A stretch of DNA of 50,484 nucleotides, counting the filler, from Sphacelaria rigidula (taxonomy: Eukaryota), in assembly GCA_964200075.2 (NCBI GenBank). It is 3 parts of 3 records of this genome, joined end to end, with 100 filler letters (N's around TTAATTAATTAA, not from the genome) between each part and the next. Parts side by side here need not be neighbours in the genome. Positions count along the whole stretch, not along the records: positions 1 to 16,763 come from CAXNAA020001258.1; positions 16,864 to 33,624 come from CAXNAA020001259.1; 1 more part is not named here. The stretch is one strand, 5' to 3'. A program made the position numbers and the translations under genes. A model generated the notes under the pieces. It was not told the DNA's origin, did not search any database, and saw only the letters and a list, made by a program, of their open reading frames with translations. Below, one piece after another: positions 10,986 through 21,238 of the stretch; within the stretch, counting starts at the first letter, position 1, and each line of letters begins with the position of its first letter.

Positions 10986-13900
10986 ATACGGGCTTTGGCG
11001 TTGCCGGCCCTGCTATCGCTGCTGGTGGATCCGATTCTGTCGCTGGTGGATACGGCCTACGTTGGCCGTGGGCTCGGAGCGATTAGTCTTGCCGCTCTAG
11101 GTACAGCAGTATTCAAGCAGCGGTATACTGTAGCAATTGTTTTCGCCGTGTACAATGAGCCCTTCGACTCGCAAAGTGTGCGAAGAAGTAGCTGGGGCCT
11201 GAGGAGCTGGAGTAGCTATCGCAACAAGAAAAAAATCCGTTACAGCGGCCTTAGGTTCGACTGCGTGGCCTTGGGGGATCTCCGTTGCGGGAGTGTTTGT
11301 GCGCAAAAACCCTGAGAAATTGTATTGGCATCAACGGACTACTATATAGAATGAGCTACTTCACCCGGTCAAACTGTTTGAAGTTGGCTGCAACAGGAGT
11401 AAGTAAGCTGGAACATCCCTTCGTGTTTTTTCAACGGCTAGTTAGTTTCACCATCACCACCAACAACAACAACGACAGCGACAACGACAGTTATTAACTT
11501 TTCAGCAGTTATGTGCTGCCGTCACTATTGTAACAGAGGGCTCACTGTCGAGCTGTCGTTGCGTTCGTTCAAACAGGGCCAGTGTGGTGTCCAGTGTCTG
11601 TCCCCTGGCGCTACCGTCGTACCAGCTGTGTTTGGAAGGCCCGTTTATACCCCCCTTTCCTACAATCATCACAGGGATGCTTTACAGTACGCTAGGTCGT
11701 TTTCGCATTCGTTGAGATTCAGAAGGTACTCCCGTTATATGGTGCCTCCGTGCCCACGCCTTCGTGTGCTCCCTCGTCCCTTTCCCTTTTCGGTCTCTCT
11801 TCGTCGTTGTTTGGGGCGGCCGACCAAGGTCCTTGCACCAGCATTTTCCACTTCTCGTTCAACACCTTCCGCTCGGTTACCCAGAGCACAACATCCCTCG
11901 TCAGCACCAGCCTGGCAGCCGGCAATAAAACCAAAGCAGGTACTTAACGCTGGGATCGTCTAGGTTGAGTTTTAGGGTTACGAGGAGCGCTGGGAAGTTG
12001 GGGCTTGATGGCGTTTACCTGGCTATTGATGATGGCTGGTCTTGCCAGAGAGTCTCATGATGTGTAAAGTAGCACTTTGTTTCTAATGTGAACACGCACT
12101 TTGACCCCCCCCCCCCGAAAAAAATGTTTGAACAAATGAAATGATGACCTACTTTTTTGTAAAACGTGTACTCAGGGATCAGTTAATGTGTGACAATCAG
12201 CAATCAATATTCAACCAATGTACGCCTTACACGTCCTCTCCTCATAACGTGGTATCCAAACTTACCAAACTCCCCGGCAGGCCAGATCGTGCAGCAGATG
12301 TATGTGCTGGCGTTCATGCTCGGCTGCTTGCTCATGACGGGCCTGTATACCCAATCGTCCCGCGTTCTGGCTATCATGGGCGCCGGTCCTCAGACAACGT
12401 TGTTTCCCCAGGCGTCAGCCTACCTCACGGTGCGTCGAGCGTCTCAGAAGGAACCACAACTAGATGCACGCGCGTGCGGGCCAGTATAGCCAAGGTTGAG
12501 AGGATGTCTTGACAGCCTCGTGTCGGACGGTCGGAAGAAAAGTTGACTGCAACGTACGGTGTTTCGTAGTATCGCTGCTGCATCAACTGCTGCCGCTGCC
12601 GCTGCTGCTGCTGCTGCTGCGTCGTGTTTCGTGTCTGCTTTCACACGAAGTCTTCGAGTGTCATCACTTCTCTCAGCTGTTTCCCCTGCGTATGTACATC
12701 CCGCCGCTGCAGACTCGAGCACTGGCAGCGCCAGCCGTTTTGATCATCATGGTCAGCGAAGGCGTATTTCGTGGACATGCTGACACACGTGCTCCGGCGG
12801 TGGCGGCGTTGGGTGCCGCGTTAGCGAACGTTGTGATCGATCCTATATTCATGTTCGTGCTGGGCTGGGGCATCGCAGGTGAACGCCTCGATCCTCTGAC
12901 AGCAGCGGATTCTGTTGAAGCGCAAGTTTTGTCTAGCCGCGCGTTTCGAATGCTCTGTACCCCGCTCTATACAACCTCGTTTAGGCCCTGTTCTGTACGT
13001 TGCGTGAGCCGTTCTACAATACGCCCGCTTCCGCGACGTACTCGGGAGATAGGCTCGCGCGTTCTCGTTGGTCGTCTCAAATAACAAAGCTCGACGTGGT
13101 ACGGTCACAAAGGCAATGAACGGCTTGTGTGTGTGTCAGCGTTGTACTGATTCGTCGTATAACCACCGAATATGTTTTGGGGGACAGAGCCTTGCCCCTT
13201 CTTCTGCTGCTTTCATTGACCGTTCATCGAGCTGTATGCTCGTAGAGGACTCCGACGCAATCCTCTTCTTCCTCTCGGGCGCCGACGCCACATTTCGATG
13301 GAACGTTGGGTTGACCCTACCGAATTCATTCGTTCGGATGCACACATGAATGAAGTCCCCAATCGTCTTGGTATTACCCCCCTTCTGAACACCATCACAT
13401 GACCCCGCACCAGGTGCCGCGGGGGCAACAGCGCTAGCGCAGTACCTGGCGATCGGCATCTACGGAACGCTGTTGTGGCGTGGGGCCCGCGCCGGGAAGA
13501 TGGCGGTGCCCTTTTTTTCTCGCAAGCGTTCGGCAACGAAGAGCGATGCTGATGGCGGTTCCTCGTCGGGGGACGGGGAAAGGGTACAACCGTTACAGCT
13601 GTTGGTGTCCGTCGTGTCTGCTAACACGGCCATGCTCTTGAGGTGTGTACGTTCCTTGGCGTCGAACGTTCCAAGGGTAGTTCGGGTAGGGTATACCCGA
13701 TACTTGGTATTTTGAATAGTCATACTCTAGGTACCCAAACATTGGGGTAGAGTATTGAAATCGTACCCAACATACCCATTTTTGGGGTAGGGGTATTGAG
13801 GTCGTACCCAAGTGATACTTTATACCCAGGTAATGCTGAGAGTGCTTCACCCATATTCGGGTAGAGTATTGAGGTCATATCCAAGTGATACTCAACACCC

Positions 13901-16029
13901 CAGTATTGCTGATAGCGCTTACCCAAAAATTGAATGGAGTATTTGAGGTCGTACCCAATCCACCCAAATATCGGGTATAGGTTTTGAGGTCGTACCCAAT
14001 CTACCCAAACTTTGGGTAGAGTGAATACCCGGGTATTTTACCCAATTATTCAAAAGTACATATCCTATCCGACCCGCCCTTGGAATGTTCAACGTGTGTT
14101 GCGTGGTTTCTGCGTTCGTCTCCTCCTTCCCTCCCCCCATCCATACCTGTTTGCTCCCCTTCGATAAGTTTTCTCGGTTTGGCCTGCGGATAGTACGTAC
14201 CGGTAATGTCCATGCACCGTACTGTGTACTGTAGCATCCTTGTCTCCGTGCGTCTGAGTTCATTCGTTCCTCCGGAGACAGTTTTTTTTTCGAGTTTCGC
14301 AGGTCCAACTGGTGACTGGACCAGAGTCTGCTGGCGTGTTGTTATTCGTCCATCCAGCCTATTTTTTTCTGTTTCTGTTCCCTTTTTTTTTCTTTCCTTG
14401 GAGCGTGTTTGAGTTTCGCTTTTCTTGGGTACGTCTATTATGAGACCACGGCTGGACCCTGGGGGGGTCAGTTAAACTGCGACAATCAATCAATCAATCA
14501 ATCAGCGGAGCGGTGATGTATGCGTACTATGATATAATCTTACAACACGATCGCTCGGAGCACGCAAGTGTTTCGCGCAGTCGTCATGCCGGGTTGTGTT
14601 TTATACACGCGACCTTACCCTTGCCCCCCGCTCCCTCTCCCCCTCTCCCCCGCCCCCCCACCCCCCGGCCTGGTTTGTGTGGTCGATGCTACGAAAGGAC
14701 AACTTCGCTCATGGCATGCTGGTCGGTGGCGACCGCCGTTGCGACGAGGATGTCCTCGGTTTCAGTCGGCGCCCACCAGGTGAAAGGAGCCTGGGAACGT
14801 AACTTTCATGTTGGTGCGAACTCCGTGTATGCTGAACTAGTTTTAACGACCACGTGTGTTTAGGACGTCGGGTCGTAGTGCTTGGAATCGGTCTCGATAG
14901 TACTGGGGGTTTGCCGACACCCGTTTATCGCGGCATGACACTAAGGCTTTACCTACCTTGGCGCTCCTCTGTAAGCAAGTCAAACAACAGGGCAATATGC
15001 CGCGGATCTTGCCGAGAGCCCGTTTTTTTTTGTTGTTATTACCGAGGAAATTGGTGCACACGCGTATGAAAACCCAGGGGCAAGGCAAAAACGCAAGAGC
15101 TCAACGTGTGCAGCGGTGGTGAACTCATGCGCCGACACAACCTCAGCCCAAATCTTGGCCTCCTGTTTGCTGATCTTGTTTTTCACTCTCTTGCGGCAGG
15201 TGGCGCTGTCTCTGTGGTTGCTGTTTGCGTTGGTTGCCGAGGCTCCTTCGATCGCCGCACAGGTGTTGGGAGCGAGGTAACACGTGTGCTCCAGGGCACA
15301 GCAGCAGCTGGTCTCGGCACTGTCAGGGCGGATCGCGCCAGTAACAGACGTTGCATGATCGCCGTCGAACAACGTAGACTGCACTGTTTCTGAAGTACAG
15401 CGCTGCGAGGTCACGTGCTCGACGCTTCGTACGCCATATATCGTGTGCCGGCTCCACGCAATCCTCGCCTATGAGTAATTTTTGTGGCTTGACTTGTGCC
15501 TCGATGCATGACCGCTCATGAAACAAAAAGCTCCACGCACCTGACGTATTTAGTCGGTGCTGTTTCTCGTGCAAATTCTTGGTCATTATTATGCCTTTTT
15601 ATTTTCAAGTGCAGCAAACCCACTCCCTGCGCTCGGAATGGTTACTTCCGAGCCGCATTCACTGGAATCACCTTCGTATGAACCTTGTCTTGGGACCCCA
15701 AATCATCTGAGAGAAGCGGTAACGTTTGGTACGGGTTCCCTTGTCCTTTTTTTGTGTGGTTGCACCTACACACCCCATTCAGGTACATCGGTCAGGGAAA
15801 ATTGGAAACCGCTCGGTCTATGGGGTGGCGTATTTCCAAGCTTACGCTGGCAGTCAGCGGAGTCATGGGGAGCATCTTGATGTGCTTTAGCGGCGTGTTT
15901 GCGCGATTCTTCACGTCTGACCCTGCAATCGTGCAGCGACTCCGTGTGCTATTACCACTCCTAGCGATCCAGCAGCCTTTGGTATCCATGACCCTGGTGA
16001 CCGAGGGCCTTCTTGTCGGAGCGGGGCAG
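10986..16029 (+). CDS. MATE family multidrug/toxic compound efflux transporter (DinF/plant DTX-FRD3-like), spliced, partial
   Basis: AG/GT-bounded, phase-consistent exons: 10986-11100 (IRALALPALLSLLVDPILSLVDTAYVGRGLGAISLAALG), 11829-11939 (PCTSIFHFSFNTF), 12281-12429, 12713-12878 (GVFRGHADTRAP..ANVVIDPIFMFVLGWGIAG), 13414-13642 (AAGATALAQY), 14698-14779 (VGAHQ), 15200-15276 (VALSLWLLFALVAEAPSIAAQVLGAR), 15783-16029 (FFTSDPAIV..QQP..EGLLVGAG). The 5' exon(s) and last exon(s) were not located. Confidence 0.9.
13672..14082. mobile_element. hAT-type MITE with internal ~40-bp TACCC repeats, in a MATE intron
   Basis: Imperfect TIRs CAAGGGtagttcgggtagggta / tatcctatccgacccgCCCTTG. 8-bp TSD gaacgttc (13664-13671) / gaatgttc (14083-14090), one mismatch. 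Confidence 0.85.
14100..14503 (+). mobile_element. 3' end of a non-LTR retrotransposon with a (CAAT)n tail
   Basis: T-rich UTR-like stretch, then accacggctggaccc..gggtca.. and (caat)5. A homologous inverted copy lies at ~40535-40760. The 5' boundary is approximate. Confidence 0.55.
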
Positions 16030-16149
16030 GTGGGTCGTTCAATTATGGTTGTACTATAGTGAACATCGGTCTGGTGGTGTGTAGAACAAACAAACTCCTG
16101 CTCAACAGTTGTGAGTATGTGTGACTATGAGCGGGGGAACTTGGGACAT

Positions 16150-16430
16150 ATATTATTATTATTATTATTTTCCCCTTGACGGAAGGAGGAAACCCAACCC
16201 AACGCTTTCCCCGCAAGCGAGTTTTGCGAGCGAGTTCGTGTGCCGATTACTCGAAGGCTCGGCTAGACCACCTCGCGGCAGTCATGTGGGGAAGGCGCCT
16301 CGAGCGGTGGCTCAAGGCAGTGTGAGGGGTGCTCCCACTTAAACCCTCGATCAACTTGGCGCAGTGCACTCGCCGCCCTGCTCTTCGGAGCTTCGGCCCT
16401 AGAGGACGGATAGGAGTGGTACGGTGATTT
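16150..16430 (-). mobile_element. Probable retroposon 3' end with an (ATA)n tail
   Basis: (tat)n tract at 16150-16169 abutting a GC-rich non-coding body. Family not identified. Confidence 0.4.
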
Positions 16431-16434
16431 GCTG

Positions 16435-16763
16435 CTGCGTCCCGGTGGTTAACTGACGCCATGAAGTTAGGAAAAACGCGGGTTCGATTCCCACAAGATG
16501 CGTTCAGGTTTTAGCTTTTTTTTTGCAGTACAGTAGCTGGTTTCCGTGTTTGAAAGCGTGGGCACGTGACAAGCAAGTAAGAGTCTGTTTGGCGAAGTTT
16601 TTTGGACGACGGTCGACGCGGTGCAGGAGTAGTGCTGATCCAGTCCGCAACACAGTACCAAAAATGCAAGGCGTGTACAGGGGGGGGGGGGGTTGATTCC
16701 CCGAGACGACGAACTCGTCCCGAGCAAGGGGAAGGGCCACCTAGTGAAGAGAGACGCAAAAAA
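16435..16763 (+). mobile_element. Probable SINE with a pol III B box, running into the gap
   Basis: gcgGGTTCGATTCCcac at ~16478-16494 with a degenerate upstream A box (cggtggttaactga). The body ends in an A run at 16758-16763. Confidence 0.5.
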
Positions 16764-16863
16764 NNNNNNNNNNNNNNNNNNNNNNNNNNNNNNNNNNNNN
16801 NNNNNNNTTAATTAATTAANNNNNNNNNNNNNNNNNNNNNNNNNNNNNNNNNNNNNNNNNNNN
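16764..16863. other. Assembly gap (100 bp with artificial TTAATTAATTAA linker)
   Basis: N run with a central ttaattaattaa. Confidence 0.98.
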
Positions 16864-17024
16864 GACGATCTGACTCGAAATTTCGAGCAACAAATGACCC
16901 AAAATACCCCCCCCCCTATCGTAGGATGACTCCCACCTGTACATGTATGTAATAATAGATTGCTCTGTTTCGCATCGCGCTTCCATTCTTTTCCTTTTCC
17001 TTTATTAGGCTACTTGTTATGTAT

Positions 17025-17320
17025 AAAAAAATATAACTTGTTGAAAAGTGCTTTTTTGACCCTTCTCCGTCGTTTTTGCCCCGAAAAGAGGGATCAGGGG
17101 ATGTTGACACCTTGGAATGACTTGCTCTACTCGCTGAGACCGTTCCAGAGCCCCTTTGCGTTTTCCGTAGGTCACAGTTTCGTTCTTGGCCAAACGTTTA
17201 TTTTCAATAACAAACGATAACAAACGATCAAGGTTTAAAAAAATATAACTTGTTGAAAAGTGCCTTTTCGACCCTTCTCCGTCGTTTTTGCCCCGAAAAG
17301 AGCACCCGCCGTATTTACGC
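17025..17320 (+). repeat. Copy of one arm of the 700-1265 palindromic element, with a local direct duplication
   Basis: gacttgctctactcgctgagaccgttccag matches 833-862. aaaaaatataacttgttgaaaagtgc...ccccgaaaagag occurs twice (~17025 and ~17237). Confidence 0.75.
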
Positions 17321-17419
17321 CAGCGCTGGCCAAAAAACAGAACCTGCCAGCAGTCTAGAACCAGCCCTACATCGAATTTGTGCAGACCCGCCGGTCCTAT
17401 CAACACCATTTTCGAATCC

Positions 17420-18530
17420 GCCCGTGCACAACAGAGCCGGCACACCATTTTTGAACCCATCCACGCGAACAGAGCAGGCACATAAGGCATGCCATAAAAC
17501 GCACACCCACAACACATCTCACACGCACACATGCACTGACGAACCACCACTAGCTAGCCGCAAAAGCAACAGCAGCAGCAGTACTGTGGTACGGAAACTG
17601 CCGTTGAACTTATCGCACACGCTTCACGCACCTAGCAAGCGACTGGACCATCACGTACTCTCGTGTGTCTGCATCAAATGTTGTGTGTTCGGATCAAATG
17701 TTTGTAGTGAGGGTATATTCCAGCGACAATACAGGCAACTGAAGTATGCACTCTCGTGTGTCAGGATCAATTGTTGTGTGCTTGGATCAATTGCTTCTAG
17801 TATTTAGTACAGAGAGTGCTGCGTAGCATTGCCCCCAACCGCAGACAGTAAGTAGTAGTAGACAGTACCGTGCGCTATACAGACGATACTGAGCGGGACG
17901 GTGGCATTTACTGCTCTGAAAGCCGTGCCGTGAGCACAAGTCAGTTCGACCATCAGGACGACAGCAGATGGTTTGCTGATGTCGCCATGGAAAGGGTTTT
18001 CAAGACTGCTCTCATTGTCCCCAACCACCAACACACCAACACAACAAACGCGGCGAAGGACAGAGAGACAACGGCGAACACACCCGGAATATAAAATATA
18101 TCTTCACTACAAGCATTTGATCCGAAAACACAACAAATGATCCAAACACACAAGAGTACGTGATGATTCAGTTGCCTGCTAGGCACGTGAAGCGTGTGCG
18201 ATAAGTTCAACGACGGTCTCCGTACTACAGTACTGCTGCTGCTGTCGCTTTTGCGGCTAGCTAGTGGTAGTTCGTCAGTGTTGTATGTGTGTGTGTGTGA
18301 GCTGTGTTGTGGGTGTGCGCGATGTGGCATGTCGCCTGCTCTGTTTCGGGTGGGTAGGTTGAAAAATGTTGTGCCAGCTATGTTGTGCGCGGGCGTGAAG
18401 CGTGTGCGATAGTTCAACGGCGGTCTCCGTACTACAGTACTGCTGCTGCTTTTGCGGCTAGCTAGTGTTGGTTCGTCAGTGTATGTGTGCGTGTGAGCTG
18501 TGTTGTGGGTGTGCGCGCTGCGGCATGCCC
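17420..18530. repeat. Long inverted repeat (arms ~17420-17720 and ~18095-18390, partial extra copy 18395-18530)
   Basis: ctgacgaaccaccactagctagccgcaaaagc...gttgaacttatcgcacacgcttcacg vs cgtgaagcgtgtgcgataagttcaac...gcttttgcggctagctagtggtagttcgtcag. The + ORF 17250 and - ORF 17953 give near-identical peptides, confirming the inversion. Confidence 0.85.
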
Positions 18531-18904
18531 TACCCCGAGGGCGTGTTCTTCCGTAGTAGTACAGCAGCAACAGCAGCTGGACGCCTTTGATTTTGCAAGA
18601 AGAGAACGTGTTCAGGTTCTAAAAAACACTGCAGAACTGCTGTGTTGTCTTGTGTTCAGTGTAGTACTCTGTACTCCATTTACCACTGCAGAATCGTGTT
18701 GTGTTCAGTGTAGTAGCTTGTACTCCAGATAACGGGGTCACGTTTTGAGTAGTTTTTGAAAAGTTCTGCTTTTTTTACAAGTCCTCGGAAAGTTCTGCTT
18801 GTTTTTCTGCCACAGAAATCCAATGCCGAGTCTGGAATAGCCTGAGACAACAACCAATTTGAGACTTGGAATGTTTCTCGGTGATATCGAGAAAAATCCA
18901 CAAC

Positions 18905-19540
18905 ATCTGGGCGAGCTGTAGGTGAGGCGCAAACGCCGAAACATTCACCTGCAAACTCTGCTCCAGTGCACTGTAAGTTGACATCGCTAGAAGGACACTA
19001 CGATCACCACCTTGCCGGCTGCCAGACTGTCAGGACGTAGCGTTCGCTAGCATTGCTACTGTCTGTACGGGGGTGTTGCCCCCTTGTGAGGTACGTTTTG
19101 GAGCATGATACTAGATGAAGAGCATCCTTCCTTGTACATGGGCACAAAACGCTGGGGGTTCTCAGAACGACTGCCAGAGCAGTAGACTTCATCACTTGGT
19201 AGTTCAAGACAGTTCTCGAAATTTTACGGCTTGTGGGCAGGTGCAGTATTGGATTTCAGTGTTGACACCGAAATTCGGATCTTTAACCTCTTGACCCCGA
19301 GGCTTGGTCACCTGCCGAATCGGCATCAATATTCACTTGAAAAAATTATGCGTGATCCAGATGAACTACCCTACTCCTGGCGTACGCAGAACGCGTTTTC
19401 GTCTACATCGGCGCCTGGGACGCCGATTCGAGGTCTGGCAACGCACACTTCGACTAGGGAGCAAGTTGCACCCCCCGTGCCCGAGGGTTCTCGGTATGTC
19501 TTCGTTGGGGTTGGGGTTAGGGTTAGTGTTCTTCGAAATG
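18905..19540 (+). repeat. Dispersed repeat homologous to 3920-4330, with a TTAGGG-like tract
   Basis: Shared blocks: gagctgtagg; gaatcggcatcaat...atgc.tgatccaga; atcggcgcctg...ggggttagggttag. Confidence 0.65.
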
Positions 19541-21238
19541 CATTAGCACCTGCGCAAACCATGAATTTCCGAGAAATAGCTGTCAACTACCAAGTGCGAA
19601 AGTCACCCAAGATTTCGAGTATGATGTACATCATCCTTGTAGATGGGGCACCAAACGATGGGCTTCTCACCCACGACTTCGATTTGGAGGATGATACTAG
19701 GTGGGCAGTGGCAACTGCTGTGCGTGCAGGTAGGTGCCCCTTGGAGCAGGATGCGTTTGGTGTCCGTCCGACGAAGTTATCCCCCAAAATCCGAAATCGA
19801 TAGGGGTTTTAGACTGGAACAATCTAGCAAAAACACTGCCGCAAGAATTCCGACGCAAAAACGGAGTCGCAAAAAAACATTTGTTCGAATTTTTACCCGC
19901 AGCAGAAACCAACTTCACTTTGGCAAATTGGAACAGATGGTGCTGATCTCGTCGTTTGCTTGCCTTCGCCGGCACAATAAGGGACAGGGTTATACTACCT
20001 GCCCGTGTATGGCGTTCATAACTGTGGTAAACATCTTCCTCGCAGCTTCTCTGTGACACGGGGGGGCAGTCGGACAGGCTAGGGCGTGATTGACCGGCTC
20101 TCTCGGGATGCTGCAGCAGCACACGAGTAGAAATACCGACTGTAGAAAGCCCAGTGCATAGATTGCAGCATGCTTGCTCTCTGTGAGTTGTATGCGCAGA
20201 TACACCCACTTGAACCACCAGCTGAACACTTTTCAGACGTTGCGGTAGCGTGCACTCGTAGCAGCAGTGCGGGTAAGTAGAGGAGCTACTGGATTGTTCG
20301 TGCTCCTCACTTCGAACGTGATTATGTCTGCAACCGACGACCACCGTGCTTGACCCCAACAGCTCCAACATCGCTGCCGGGGCACATATCGTCTAAATAG
20401 ATCGATTCCGCCAATCCGCGGTGCTCTTTACTCCACGACGTAGCCCAGGGCGTCACTAGCAAGGTTCCTGATGATTCTCGCATACTTGCGAGCGCCACGA
20501 CGTGCGCCGAGGGCAGCTCTTCGGAGTATTGGGCTGCCGTCCGAAATATTCGGCGTTCGCCAAACGTGGGTCTTGGCGAAAAAATCTAGCCGCTTCATTT
20601 TCGGACAATGTCAAGCGCCAGGTGTGAAAACGCCCAAACTCTCGGCGATCCCCGAAAAACCTGTGTCGATAATAACGACCCTAAGTTGCATGTGCACTTG
20701 GCTTGGCCCACGACCGATTTTAGGAGTTCTTCACCAATTTCCACATACACGTCATCCACCTGATTGTGTCAAAATATATGGTCTGTCACTTCGAAGACAC
20801 GAATTCGGAACTGGGAATGACGTGAGCAGTTTTTGGCGATCGAGATGGGGGTCATCCTCAAGGGATTCAGGACGGAAGTCAGATTCTCTATACAAGACAA
20901 AACATGAGTCTCTCGTGTCAGGCTTCGAAGTTATGGCATCGTCATGATGACGCTCGCCCAAACTGCCAATTCGTCGCTGTACCGGTTTCACCACCCTTCG
21001 CCGCGCGCTACCACGCGGCATCCGCTACTGCGAGTGTGCATGCATTTCCAGAAAGATGGTGCCCACTGCACAATGTTGCGTCGACAAATACCTGGTGGAG
21101 AGTCCTGAGGATGGGGACGTGGTAAAACTTCACAACCTGACAGAAATTCCCCCACACAAGAAAACAACGCAACACGTTCATAGAGCACTTTTCCTTCCAG
21201 AGCACCGATCCTGCAAGCCAGAAAACTGCAAGGGCAAT

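Noticed and set aside
16808-16819. TTAATTAATTAA palindrome inside N runs (also in the gap at 33625-33724)
   Set aside because: Artificial scaffolding linker with stops in all frames, identical in both gaps.
17250-18570. 185-aa and 205-aa ORFs with similar sequence on opposite strands
   Set aside because: By-product of the inverted repeat and CA-rich low complexity. No recognisable domain.
19231-20371. 190-aa (+) and 224-aa (-) ORFs
   Set aside because: No recognisable domains. The first runs through the telomere-like tract of a dispersed repeat.
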